Shown piece after piece: positions 27,604 to 37,485 of a stretch of 64,000 nucleotides of DNA. The notes under the pieces were generated by a model, which had not been told where the DNA came from, searched no databases, and worked only from the letters and a program-made list of their open reading frames with translations. The stretch's first letter is position 1. The number at the start of each line of letters is the position of its first letter. Both the position numbers and the translations under genes were made by a program. Source of the DNA: Treponema brennaborense (lineage in GTDB: Bacteria; Spirochaetota; Spirochaetia; Treponematales; Treponemataceae); assembly GCA_023666275.1 (NCBI GenBank), contig JAMPCJ010000006.1:17976-81975 (forward strand). Reading direction: 5' to 3'.

Positions 27604-28254
27604 ATGCGTAAGTCTTTTCGATGGTTTGCCTTTGTTTTCGCCGCCGCGTTTTTTGCGTCATGTTCCGGCGAAGAAGATACATTCCCGATGCCGCTGTATA
27701 CGGACACTGCCAGATATCAAAGCCTTGCGCGCATGGAATCTGTCGAATGGACCGAAGATCTGGAACAAAATGCCTTGACTGCGCCTTCGGCGGTTTGTCC
27801 GCTTGCCGCGCTGCCGGAAAATTTGTGCGCCGCAGGCGGGAATAATATTTCCGCAGTCTATCCCGCAATCGACGGCTTCGGCAGCCTTGACGTTTCTTTT
27901 TTAACGGAAGAACAATATGCGTTTGTCGCGGCATTCTGCGCTTCCGTGTCTTCCGGCACGCTGGATGAATCTGTTTTTTCCGCTTCCGCCGCCGATACGC
28001 TGCCCGTGCTGCGCTATGAATTATCTTCCCTGCCGCCTGTCGTTTCGTTTGCGGTAGGAAAACCGTATCTTCTTGCGGAAGATGATGCTTGCAGCGGAAA
28101 TCCCGTTCTGGAAATTCCCGTGCGCTTTTATTTCGAAAACGGCATTTCCGATTCGCGGATATTTTTTTCCGCAGACGATGAAAAAAGCGGCGAGGATGCG
28201 GCGCGCCGTTTCTGCGTTGAACAGATGCAGTTCGGAGAAATCACCGATGGCTGA
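27604..28254 (+). CDS. lipoprotein, hypothetical
   Basis: Lipobox-like FFASC signal peptide. Its stop overlaps the next start. Confidence 0.5.
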   Translation: MRKSFRWFAFVFAAAFFASCSGEEDTFPMPLYTDTARYQSLARMESVEWTEDLEQNALTAPSAVCPLAALPENLCAAGGNNISAVYPAIDGFGSLDVSFLTEEQYAFVAAFCASVSSGTLDESVFSASAADTLPVLRYELSSLPPVVSFAVGKPYLLAEDDACSGNPVLEIPVRFYFENGISDSRIFFSADDEKSGEDAARRFCVEQMQFGEITDG

Positions 28255-29257
28255 TGTTCTTTCGAGACTTGAGCGCGAACTTGTTTTGCGGTTTATTGCG
28301 GAAGAACATCCTGTTTTTCATGTTTTTTCCGCCGAAAAAAATAATGCGCATTCTGTTTCCGTCGATTCGTATTCTTTGGAAAAAGAAACTATCGCGGTAA
28401 AAAAAGGCGGAACATCGAACGCGGTATTTTTATCCGCCGCCGGCACGATAAAATTCTTTTTCTATTACAAAGGGCGCGGACTTTTTTTTTACACGGATTT
28501 TCGCAGCGATAACGATGCCTATTTCTGTCCCGTTCCTGTGCGGATAGAAAAACAGCGGGAATCACCTGCGGCTGCAAACGAAATGCAGCCGCTTTGCATT
28601 ATGCGCTGCGGAAACGGCGGCGCGGAAACGGAGCTGCGCTGTTTTGCTTCGGACGGTTTCCCGCCGTTCGGCGCCGAGTATGCTTCCTTTATATGCGGCA
28701 TGAATGAAGCGCAGGTTTCCGCGGCGTGCGGCATTTTCGAATATCTTGCCGATGACGGCGGGATAAAAAAAGAAGCGGCTGCGGCATTTGTGCGGAAGGT
28801 GCAAACGCTGCGGGCGGAAAAAGCGGACTGCGCGGCGGCGGAACAAGAACTCGCCGAAAATACTTGCGGAACCGATTTGCTGCCGCTGTTTTCGGCAGCG
28901 GCGTTTTTTTCCGCCGAAAATGAATTTCGGGAAACAGCGCTTCAGGACCGCGCCGCTCCCGTTGCGGTGCTGCATCTTTCCGATACGGCTGTTGTTTTCG
29001 GCAGAAAATCGCGTTTTGCGGAAATTCGGCGGAACAACGAATATCCGCTGAAAATGCTGCTTCCGTCGCTGATCGGCGTCAGGATAATCACTGCCGCTGC
29101 AAGAGCCGAGCATGTTTTTGAATATGCTTCCGAAAGCGGGGCGGTTATGTCTGCTGCGGTTTGCCGTTTTTCGGCGCTTGCCGAAGAAGACCGCAGATTT
29201 TTGTCCGAAAACGTGCGGCGGCCGTCATCCGTTTTGCGGCACGGTGCGTCCGTTTAA
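28247..29257 (+). CDS. hypothetical protein (336 aa)
   Basis: ORF translationally coupled (ATGGCTGA) to the lipoprotein gene. No recognisable domain. Confidence 0.45.
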   Translation: MADVLSRLERELVLRFIAEEHPVFHVFSAEKNNAHSVSVDSYSLEKETIAVKKGGTSNAVFLSAAGTIKFFFYYKGRGLFFYTDFRSDNDAYFCPVPVRIEKQRESPAAANEMQPLCIMRCGNGGAETELRCFASDGFPPFGAEYASFICGMNEAQVSAACGIFEYLADDGGIKKEAAAAFVRKVQTLRAEKADCAAAEQELAENTCGTDLLPLFSAAAFFSAENEFRETALQDRAAPVAVLHLSDTAVVFGRKSRFAEIRRNNEYPLKMLLPSLIGVRIITAAARAEHVFEYASESGAVMSAAVCRFSALAEEDRRFLSENVRRPSSVLRHGASV

Positions 29258-29468
29258 TGTTCGGACTGCCCCTGTCGGTGCACCGTGTCCTTGCAGGCGT
29301 GTTTCCGCAGGAAAACTTATTACGCAAAGCGCAGGTTCGCGGCTCATTGCAAGCAAGGCAAATCGCCGTCAGCGGACACCAACCTGCATCGAAGCCGTCG
29401 CTGCACACGGCTTCGAGCCAACGGCGCCGCAATCAGTATTCGGACTGCGGGCAATACATGCGCCGTTA

Positions 29469-29556
29469 GCTATCGGCAAACTTCTCTATAGGCTATCGGC
29501 AAACTTCTCTATAGGCTATCGGCAAACTTCTCTATAGGCTATCGGCAAACTTCTCT
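29469..29556. repeat. 23-bp tandem repeat (gctatcggcaaacttctctatag) x ~4
   Basis: Direct head-to-tail copies visible in the sequence. A related array lies at 61311..61387. Confidence 0.85.
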
Positions 29557-29624
29557 TTCCTGCCGTATCACAGCTTTGCAAAAAAGTTATTTAAAAAGTA
29601 TTTTTTTTGTTGTATAATAGAAAA

Positions 29625-32600
29625 ATGTACCACTGTCATATCCGCTTTTACCTCGTCGGTGAAGAAAATACCGTGTTTGATGCCGCAGCGGCATCGGTTC
29701 CGCTGGAAAATTTTGAGCATGAATTGATCCGCAGCCCGTGCATAGAAAAACATGCCGCAGAAACCGCGGACGCGATTTTTGCCTGTCTTGCGGAAACCGA
29801 AATGCGCGAAATTTTTTCGCTTTCATCGCTGCGCAGAAAAAACGTGCCGCTTATCGTGCTGTGCCGCAAGGAATGCGCCGATTTTGTGTTTGCGGAACAA
29901 TCGCTTGCCGCGAAAATCGATGACATTTGGTTTCTGCCGATGACGAAAGCCGAAGCAGAATTCCGTTTTGCCAAATGGCAGCACGCTTTTAAGCAGCAAA
30001 AAGATTTTTGGCAGACATCGCAGTTTCTCGAATCGACTATCAATTTTATTCCGAATCTTGTCTGGTATAAGGACAAAAACGGCATTCACGAAAAAGTGAA
30101 TGACAGTTTCTGCGCTGCCGTAAACAAAACAAAATCTCAGGTTCAGGGAAGAGGCCACGCGTATATCTGGGATGTGGAGAAAGACGATCCTGCCTGCATC
30201 GAATCCGAGCGCAAAGTCATGGACGGCAGGCGCACGATTATTTCCGACGAAACGATTATGACAGGCGAGGGAACGCGGCTGCTTACCACATACAAGTCGC
30301 CGCTTTACGATGTGGACGGTTCCGTCATGGGCACGGTGGGTGTCGCTATCGATGTAACGCAGGAACGCGCGTATAAACAGGAAATAACCGAAAGAAGCCG
30401 CATGCTTGAAGCCGTACTTGAAGCTATGGACTGCGGCGTAATCTGCCATACAATCGACGGTACCGAAGTTGTCAGCATCAATGCCGCCGCCCTCAAAATT
30501 CTCGGTTATAAATCGATTGAAGAGCTTGTCGATGACGGATTTTCTACCGTTGCCATGAGTGTTTTGGATGAAGACAAAGATCGGCTGCGCAAAATTTTGT
30601 CGGCGTTGAAAAAAGAAGGCGACCGCGTGAGCATGGAGTACCGCGTGCGCCATGACAACGGCGAAATTATCAGCGTTATGGGGAGTGCAAAGCTTATCAG
30701 GGAAAACGGCAGACTTTTGTGCCAGCGTTTTCTGCTTGACTGTACGGCGCAGAAAATGCAGGAACAGCGCGAAAAAAAGCACCATCAGGAACTCGTTTAT
30801 GCGCTTTCCGCCGATTATTCGCTTATTTGCTATTTCGATCTCGATACGGGCAGCGGAGTGCCGCTGCGCATGGACGAAGAAACGCAGCAAATGCTCGGCG
30901 ATGTTTTTTCCGACAGCCTTTCGCTGGAAAATACCGTATCGCGCTACATCGAAACATGCGTTTACGGCGACGACCGCTCTTTTATGCGCGAAGCACTGAA
31001 AAGAGAAAATCTCATCCGCGAAATGGCGGAAAATAAAATGCGGTATATGAATTACCGTGTTTCGTTCGGCGGAAAAATGCTGTACTTCCAGATGAAAATC
31101 GTGCGTGTGGGCGAATGGAGCACCTGCCGCGCGATAGTTCTCGGTTTCCGCAGCGTGGATGAAATGACGCGCATGGAAATTATGCGCAGAAGCCAGCTTG
31201 AAGACGCGCTCGTTCAGGCAAATGCCGCGAATAAAGCAAAAACCGCGTTTCTTTCCAATATGAGCCACGATATCAGAACGCCGATGAACGCCGTTATCGG
31301 CTTTACGTCGCTCGCGCTCAAGCATATAGACAATCATGCGCAGGTCGAACAATTCCTGCACAAAATCATGTCGAGCGGCAGCCACCTGCTGCGCCTTATC
31401 AACGATGTGCTGGACATGAGCCACATCGAAAGCGGCAAAATCCATATCGAGGAAAAACCCGCCGATTTGTCGGAAATTCTGCACGGCTTGCGCGATATTG
31501 TGCAGGCGGACGCAAAAGCAAAGCAGCTCGAAATTTCCATGGATACGGTGGGCGTTGTCGACGAAGAAATTTTCTGCGACAAACTGCGGCTGAATCAAGT
31601 GCTGCTGAATATCCTGAGCAATTCCGTCAAATATACGCCTGCCGGCGGAAAGATTTCCATGCGGATTACCGAAAAACGCCTTGCGTCGAACGGCTGTGCG
31701 GATTACGAGTTTGTCATCAGCGATACGGGAATCGGCATGAGCGCCGAATTCCTCGCGCATATTTTCGAACCGTTCGAACGCGAGCAAAATTCGACGGTAT
31801 CGGGAATTCAGGGGACGGGGCTCGGCATGGCGATAACGAAAAATATCGTGGACATGATGCACGGCACTATTTCCGTGAAAAGCGAGCAGGGCAAAGGAAC
31901 GGAATTTTCCGTGCTTTTTACGTTCCGATTGAATTCCGACGAAAAAGCGCTGCCTGTTATCGAAAAACTGCGGAACTGCCGCGCGCTTGTGGCGGACGAC
32001 GACTCGGCTGCCTGCACCGGCGTATCGTCCATGCTGTCCCAAATCGGGCTGCGGGCGGAATGGACGCAGTCCGGAGAAGACGCGCTGCGGCTCCTGCATC
32101 AGGCGAAGGCGGACGAAGAGGGCTTTTTTGTCTGCATAATCGATTGGCAACTCTCCGATATGGACGCGCTGGAAGCGGCGCGCAGAATCCGCGCCGAAAT
32201 CGGAGACGATATGCATATCATTGTTTTGAGCGCGTATGACTGGGGCGACATCGAAGAAGAGGCAAAAAAAGCGGGGATAACAACGTTCTGCGCAAAGCCG
32301 CTTTTCTTTTCGGAACTGCGTGCCTGCTTAAATTCGATTGTGAATGAACAGGAGAAAAATAAAAACGCGGCTGCATCGTCCGAAGCGGAAAAAGTGCGCG
32401 GGGAAAGAATTCTTCTTGTCGAGGACAACGAAATAAATCAGGAGATTGCACAGCTCATTCTGCTTGATGCGGGCTTTTCCTGCGAAATTGCGGCGAACGG
32501 CAAAGAGGCAATAGACCTGCTTTCGGAACACGAACCCGATTATTACCGCTGCATTTTGATGGATATACAAATGCCGGTGATGAACGGCTACGAGGCGGCG

Positions 32601-32780
32601 CAAACAATCCGCGCAATGCAGGATCCGCGGCTTTCGCAAATTCCCATAATCGCGATGACTGCCAATGCTTTCGAGGAAGACCGGCAGACTGCGCTTCGCA
32701 GCGGCATGAACGGGCACATTGCAAAGCCGATCGACACGGACGAGCTGTTTTCGGAATTGGATAAGATTCTCGGAACGTAA
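29625..32780 (+). CDS. hybrid sensor histidine kinase/response regulator (cytoplasmic PAS sensors, HisKA, HATPase_c, two REC domains)
   Basis: H-box FLSNMSHDIRTPMNAVIGF, G-box GTGLGMAITKNIV and two receiver domains with conserved Asp/Lys. A TGTATAAT extended -10 lies immediately upstream of the ATG, so the mRNA may be leaderless. The start is uncertain. Confidence 0.8.
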   Translation: MYHCHIRFYLVGEENTVFDAAAASVPLENFEHELIRSPCIEKHAAETADAIFACLAETEMREIFSLSSLRRKNVPLIVLCRKECADFVFAEQSLAAKIDDIWFLPMTKAEAEFRFAKWQHAFKQQKDFWQTSQFLESTINFIPNLVWYKDKNGIHEKVNDSFCAAVNKTKSQVQGRGHAYIWDVEKDDPACIESERKVMDGRRTIISDETIMTGEGTRLLTTYKSPLYDVDGSVMGTVGVAIDVTQERAYKQEITERSRMLEAVLEAMDCGVICHTIDGTEVVSINAAALKILGYKSIEELVDDGFSTVAMSVLDEDKDRLRKILSALKKEGDRVSMEYRVRHDNGEIISVMGSAKLIRENGRLLCQRFLLDCTAQKMQEQREKKHHQELVYALSADYSLICYFDLDTGSGVPLRMDEETQQMLGDVFSDSLSLENTVSRYIETCVYGDDRSFMREALKRENLIREMAENKMRYMNYRVSFGGKMLYFQMKIVRVGEWSTCRAIVLGFRSVDEMTRMEIMRRSQLEDALVQANAANKAKTAFLSNMSHDIRTPMNAVIGFTSLALKHIDNHAQVEQFLHKIMSSGSHLLRLINDVLDMSHIESGKIHIEEKPADLSEILHGLRDIVQADAKAKQLEISMDTVGVVDEEIFCDKLRLNQVLLNILSNSVKYTPAGGKISMRITEKRLASNGCADYEFVISDTGIGMSAEFLAHIFEPFEREQNSTVSGIQGTGLGMAITKNIVDMMHGTISVKSEQGKGTEFSVLFTFRLNSDEKALPVIEKLRNCRALVADDDSAACTGVSSMLSQIGLRAEWTQSGEDALRLLHQAKADEEGFFVCIIDWQLSDMDALEAARRIRAEIGDDMHIIVLSAYDWGDIEEEAKKAGITTFCAKPLFFSELRACLNSIVNEQEKNKNAAASSEAEKVRGERILLVEDNEINQEIAQLILLDAGFSCEIAANGKEAIDLLSEHEPDYYRCILMDIQMPVMNGYEAAQTIRAMQDPRLSQIPIIAMTANAFEEDRQTALRSGMNGHIAKPIDTDELFSELDKILGT

Positions 32781-32957
32781 AACGGAATTGCTGCGGCGTG
32801 CAAATATTGTATTGTACAAAAATCAAAGTCCTGCTACGCTTGCATGCAGAACTTTGTTATGAAAAATCATACAGTAGCGGCATGTATGGGGTGCGTGCCG
32901 GCTGTTTTGAAAAATTGTTATTCGCAAATATAATTGAATTGGCTGAAGGGGTTTTAT

Positions 32958-35900
32958 ATGAAAACACAAAAAATTGCTAAATTCAGTAAAATAAGAAAAA
33001 ATTTTCTGCAAGTTGCGGCAATTTTTATTCTGATAGGTTTTGTTTCTTTGCTGTTTTTCTGGTATACGAGGCAGAACTTAATCCGCATGACCGAGCGCAA
33101 CAAATTGTATGCCTTTGACGCGGCGCAAATCAAAGCCGACCAAATCGACGACGACTTCAATAACTCGCTCGACATGATACAAACATACGCCCATTTTGTC
33201 GGCGACAATCTGCCGTCTCCCGTCATCGACCTGCCGACGCTTGAAATGCTTCAGAACGGCGTGTTCGACGCGATGATGTTCGCCGATACGAACGGCGTGG
33301 ATGTCGTTTTCGACGGAAGATCCGCCTTGGCGGAAAACCGCGAATTCTTCAGAAAAGGAATCGCCGGCGGCACGGGAATCGACGTTGTGTTTTCATCCGA
33401 CTTTTACGATGACTCGATGCTCAGTTTCTACACGCCGCTGCACTACAAGGGACGCCTGATCGGCGTGCTACGCGGTGCGTACTTTGCCGAAAAGTACCTG
33501 AAGCGAATGCTCGAAACTTCGTATTTCGGCGAACCGTCGGACGTGTTTTTGTGCGAGAGCGACGGCCGCATCGTTGCGAGTTCCGGCAGAAAGGCAAGCG
33601 GCAGGTATCTTTTGGACTCGCTTGTGAAAGACGGCGTAATCAGCGGAGAAACCGCGGACGCCGTGCGGAAAATGTTCGCGGACGGCAAAAGCGGCGTTTT
33701 TACATGCGAAGTCAAAAGCAAAATGGACAATATAAGCATCGCTCCGCTTCCGTCGAATCAGTTTGTTCTCGTGCAGCTTTTTCCGAGCGCCGTTACAAAC
33801 AAAATGATTCATGCGGAGAACGCAATCGGCATGAAGATTGCATTGGCGCTCATTTTGGTCTTCATTATCTATATCGGTGTGCTGATTTACAGTGCCGCCT
33901 GCGCAAGAAAGCGCCTCGAAACCGAAAACCGCGACATGGGCTATATCATCAGCGGCATGAAAGCGCTTTTTACGCGTTTTGCCATTGCGGATTTGAACGA
34001 GGGAACGTACACCTACCTTTCGGGGACAAAACCTGAGGACAGCCGGCTGAAAAACAGCGGCGTTTACAGCGAACTTGTGGATTATTTCTGCGATATTCTT
34101 GTGGTTCCGGAAGAAAAGGAAAGCCTGCGCGAACAGATTTCGATCGAACGAATCAAAAACTCGCTGAAAGAACGTTCCGATTTGCGCATCGAATGCCACA
34201 TGAAAAACGGCGACTGGAATCACATCAACATTATCCGCATTGACGGCGGCGGAAAAGTCCTGTTTGCGCGGCAGAATACGACCTACACGAAGAAAAAAGA
34301 GCTGAAAATTCAGGCGGAACTTGAGAACACCTACCGCAAGGAACGGCAGTACCGCATCGCCATCATGTCGAATTCGTTCAATACGTTCGAATTCAACGTG
34401 TCGCAGGACTTGATTGAAAGCGACATCACGCGGACGCTGGAAGACGGGACAAAGATTTCGTTTTTGGAAAAATGCGCGCTTTCCGCGCCGTGCAAGGCTT
34501 CCGAATGCTTCCTTGCCTGGGAAAAATTCGTTTCAAGCGACTCGCTCGAAGACTTCAGGGCGACGGTAAATCCGGAGAGTCTGCGGCAGAAATACGAAAA
34601 AGGCGAAAAGGAAGTGTCCGTCGACTACTGGGCTTCGGCAGGTCAGGGCAGGAAAATGTGCGTGCGTCAGTCGTTCATCATGACGCGCGACGACAAGGGC
34701 GATATCATCGCGATGGTCATTTCGCGCGACATCACGGAGCAGGTGAAAAAGCAGTACGAACAGACGCAGGCCTTGCAGGACGCGCTTTTGCAGGCGCAGC
34801 ACGCGAACAACGCGAAGACGACGTTCCTTTCGAACATGAGCCACGACATCCGCACGCCGATGAACGCGATCATCGGATTCACGACGATTGCGGCGAGCCA
34901 CATCGACAACAAGGAGCAAGTCAGGGACTGCCTGCAGAAGGTGCTTTCGTCGAGCAACCATCTTCTGAGCCTCATCAACGACATTCTCGACATGAGCCGC
35001 ATCGAGAGCGGCAAGGTGCAAATCAAAGAGCAGGAATGCAACATTTCCGAAATGATGCACAGCCTCGTGAACATCATTCAGCCGCAGGTGAAGGCAAAGC
35101 AGCTCGAACTTTTCATCGACACGTTCGAAGTGGTGAACGAGGACGTCATCGCGGACGCGCTTAAAATGAATCAGGTTTTCATCAATCTTTTGAGCAACGC
35201 GGTGAAATACACGCCGGCGGGCGGAAGCGTTTCGTTCAGGATAATGCAGAAGACAACGTTCCGGCACGGCTGGGGCGACTACACGTTCATCGTAAAAGAC
35301 AACGGCATCGGAATGTCGCCGGATTTCGTCACGCACATTTTCGAGCCGTTCGAGCGCGAGTCCACCGTCACGCAGTCGGGCATTCAGGGGACGGGGCTCG
35401 GCATGGCGATCACGAAAAACATCGTGGAAATGATGGGCGGCACGATTTCCGTGGAAAGCGAGCAGGGCAAAGGCAGCACGTTCACGGTGGAACTTTCGCT
35501 GAAGCTTCAGGATGTGGAAAAGAACGCCGAGCAGCTTAAGGAACTCGACGGGCTGCGCGCGCTCGTGGTGGACGACGATCTGAACGTGTGCGACAGCGTG
35601 AACAAAATGCTCAAGCAGCTGGGAATGCGCGCCGAATGGACGACTTCCGGGTGCGAGGCCGCATACCGTGCGAAAACGGCGCACGAAGAAGGCGACTCGT
35701 ACCATACGTACATCATCGACTGGCAGATGCCCGAAATGAACGGCGTGGAGACCGCGCGCCGGATCCGCGCCGCCGTGGGCAGCGAAGCGCCGATCATCAT
35801 TCTCACCGCCTACGACTGGACGGACATCGAAGAGGAGGCGCGCTCCGTGGGTGTGACGGCGTTCTGCGCGAAGCCGCTTTTCCTTTCCGACCTCAAGGCC

Positions 35901-36383
35901 GCGCTGCTTGCCGCGAACAATTCTTCTTCCGCCAAAGACGAGGAGGAGAAAAGCGCGTCCTGGGCGCTCGAAGATTTCGGCGGAAAGCGGGTGCTCCTGG
36001 TTGACGACGTGGAAATGAACCGCGAGATTGCGCAGGTCATCCTCGAGGAGGCGGGATTCGCCGTGGAGACCGCGCCCGACGGCACCGACGCCGTGGTGAT
36101 GGTGGAAAAATCTAGCGAAAATTATTATGACGCGATTTTGATGGACGTGCAGATGCCGATTATGGACGGCTACGAGGCGACGCGCACCATCCGCGATATG
36201 CCGCGAGGCGACGTGAAGACAATGCCGATTATCGCGATGACCGCGAACGCGATGGAAGAGGACAAAGAAACCGCCCTCAAAAACGGCATGAATGCCCATA
36301 TCGCCAAGCCGCTCGACATCGACATTTTCATTTCCGTGCTGAAAAAATTCTTGGGGGGGGAAGGAGTAAACAGTAACGGCTAA
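32958..36383 (+). CDS. hybrid sensor histidine kinase/response regulator with a periplasmic sensor domain
   Basis: TM - periplasmic ~280 aa - TM - PAS - HisKA (FLSNMSHDIRTPMNAIIGF) - HATPase - REC x2. The 3' half is GC-rich. A G9 tract lies at 36353..36361. Confidence 0.85.
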   Translation: MKTQKIAKFSKIRKNFLQVAAIFILIGFVSLLFFWYTRQNLIRMTERNKLYAFDAAQIKADQIDDDFNNSLDMIQTYAHFVGDNLPSPVIDLPTLEMLQNGVFDAMMFADTNGVDVVFDGRSALAENREFFRKGIAGGTGIDVVFSSDFYDDSMLSFYTPLHYKGRLIGVLRGAYFAEKYLKRMLETSYFGEPSDVFLCESDGRIVASSGRKASGRYLLDSLVKDGVISGETADAVRKMFADGKSGVFTCEVKSKMDNISIAPLPSNQFVLVQLFPSAVTNKMIHAENAIGMKIALALILVFIIYIGVLIYSAACARKRLETENRDMGYIISGMKALFTRFAIADLNEGTYTYLSGTKPEDSRLKNSGVYSELVDYFCDILVVPEEKESLREQISIERIKNSLKERSDLRIECHMKNGDWNHINIIRIDGGGKVLFARQNTTYTKKKELKIQAELENTYRKERQYRIAIMSNSFNTFEFNVSQDLIESDITRTLEDGTKISFLEKCALSAPCKASECFLAWEKFVSSDSLEDFRATVNPESLRQKYEKGEKEVSVDYWASAGQGRKMCVRQSFIMTRDDKGDIIAMVISRDITEQVKKQYEQTQALQDALLQAQHANNAKTTFLSNMSHDIRTPMNAIIGFTTIAASHIDNKEQVRDCLQKVLSSSNHLLSLINDILDMSRIESGKVQIKEQECNISEMMHSLVNIIQPQVKAKQLELFIDTFEVVNEDVIADALKMNQVFINLLSNAVKYTPAGGSVSFRIMQKTTFRHGWGDYTFIVKDNGIGMSPDFVTHIFEPFERESTVTQSGIQGTGLGMAITKNIVEMMGGTISVESEQGKGSTFTVELSLKLQDVEKNAEQLKELDGLRALVVDDDLNVCDSVNKMLKQLGMRAEWTTSGCEAAYRAKTAHEEGDSYHTYIIDWQMPEMNGVETARRIRAAVGSEAPIIILTAYDWTDIEEEARSVGVTAFCAKPLFLSDLKAALLAANNSSSAKDEEEKSASWALEDFGGKRVLLVDDVEMNREIAQVILEEAGFAVETAPDGTDAVVMVEKSSENYYDAILMDVQMPIMDGYEATRTIRDMPRGDVKTMPIIAMTANAMEEDKETALKNGMNAHIAKPLDIDIFISVLKKFLGGEGVNSNG

Positions 36384-36389
36384 CAGAAC

Positions 36390-36425
36390 CCTGCCGCCCG
36401 CGGCAGGGTTCTGTTAGCCGCCGAA
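36390..36425 (+). terminator. perfect stem-loop after HK2
   Basis: aacagaaccctgccg-cccg-cggcagggttctgtt, 15-bp perfect stem. No T tail. Confidence 0.5.
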
Positions 36426-36436
36426 ATCGCCGCGAG

Positions 36437-36620
36437 CGGTGCGGGCTTGCCGGAGCAGGGCAGTTTGAATATACGATTGAGGAACTGAAAAAGCAAGCCG
36501 CAAAAATCGGCGTGAACGGCGTTGGCATCGAAAACACAGGCGAAAAAAGCGAAGACACCGTTTTTTGCGGGAATGTGTTTGTTCCCGCACTCGCGCAGGC
36601 TGTTTCCGGCAAGGCGTCTG
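36437..36620 (+). pseudogene. 3' fragment of a paralog of the lipoprotein gene at 40021..40428
   Basis: Nucleotide and protein similarity to the last ~60 codons of 40021..40428 (..LKKQAAKIGVNGVGIENTG..NVFVPALAQAVSGKA vs ..LKNQAAKIGANGIVIESTG..NMFVPVSAQTVSAKA). The 5' part is absent. Confidence 0.6.
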
Positions 36621-36631
36621 TTGAAAAAGCT

Positions 36632-36832
36632 CTATTCCCTGAATTCCAAAATGTCGCCCGGCTGGCAGTCCAGCGCTTTGCAAATCGCTTTGAGTGTGGA
36701 AAAACGAATTGCGCTTATTTTGCCCGTCTTTATTTTCGAAAGGTTGACATTCGTGATGCCGACTTTTTCCGCAAGTTCTCCGAGGGAAATTTTTCTGTCC
36801 GCCATCATGCGGTCAAGGCGCAAGACTATCAT
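36632..36832 (-). CDS. XRE-family helix-turn-helix transcriptional regulator (YozG-like)
   Basis: 66-aa HTH protein (ISLGELAEKVGITNVNLSKIKTGK). It overlaps the upstream membrane-protein gene by 4 nt. Confidence 0.7.
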   Translation of the reverse strand: MIVLRLDRMMADRKISLGELAEKVGITNVNLSKIKTGKISAIRFSTLKAICKALDCQPGDILEFRE

Positions 36833-37398
36833 ATCAATCCCTCGACTTCCGATTCAAGCTTTTCGCCGTAAGAAAAAATCTGGCTCAGCGCGAGAATGAC
36901 GAATCCCGCGATTGCGCATTCCGCGTGCACGGCAAGCTCGATTTTGCCGAGGACCGCGCGGCAAGTCGCGCATACGAAAATTTGAAACGCCGGAATCAAA
37001 ATGTAAAAAACGCCGATTTCGCGGACCATTCGCACGATGTCTTTTTGGAACGGCGTTTCGCCTTTGGAAAACGAAGTTTTTCCGGCGGCGGTTTTGAGAA
37101 TAAGCGCGACATTGCGGAACATCATTGTTCTGACTGCAAACGAAAGAATTCCCGCCAAGGCAAAAAACGCCACGCTTCCTGCGATGACTGCATCTCCGTT
37201 TAAGATGTTTATGTCGAAACCCTGAACGCTCAGTTCGCCGTGGTTGCGGAGCGCGAGCGTTTTTGCGAAATTCGCGGCGGCATCCGCACGCGCAATGCTC
37301 AGTACAAAGGCTGCGGCATAGCCGAGCGCCGCGAGCGCGCAAACTGCTTCCAGAATTTTCGCCGCGATGCAAGTCGCCTTTGCCAGTTTCGTTTTCAT
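36829..37398 (-). CDS. DUF2975-like membrane protein
   Basis: Multi-TM protein in the conserved pairing with a YozG-like HTH. The start is at MKTKLAKA. Confidence 0.5.
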   Translation of the reverse strand: MKTKLAKATCIAAKILEAVCALAALGYAAAFVLSIARADAAANFAKTLALRNHGELSVQGFDINILNGDAVIAGSVAFFALAGILSFAVRTMMFRNVALILKTAAGKTSFSKGETPFQKDIVRMVREIGVFYILIPAFQIFVCATCRAVLGKIELAVHAECAIAGFVILALSQIFSYGEKLESEVEGLI

Positions 37399-37485
37399 AT
37401 TCCCTCCGTTTTTCCGAACGCCGCTGCCCCGCAAAAAGCGCGGCAAGACTTGAACCGCTTAGCACGCTTCAAGTCTTGCGGCTGC

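Noticed and set aside
29823-32216. 797-aa antisense ORF inside hybrid kinase 1
   Set aside because: Fully embedded opposite a well-supported kinase gene. His/Arg/Phe-rich low-complexity translation typical of antisense GC-rich DNA. The same reasoning applies to 34533..36299 (inside HK2), 41442..42695 and 41717..42568 (inside HK3), 38538..39839 (opposite the cyclase), 25244..26386 (inside mutS), 16683..17924 and 19778..20660 (inside tamB).
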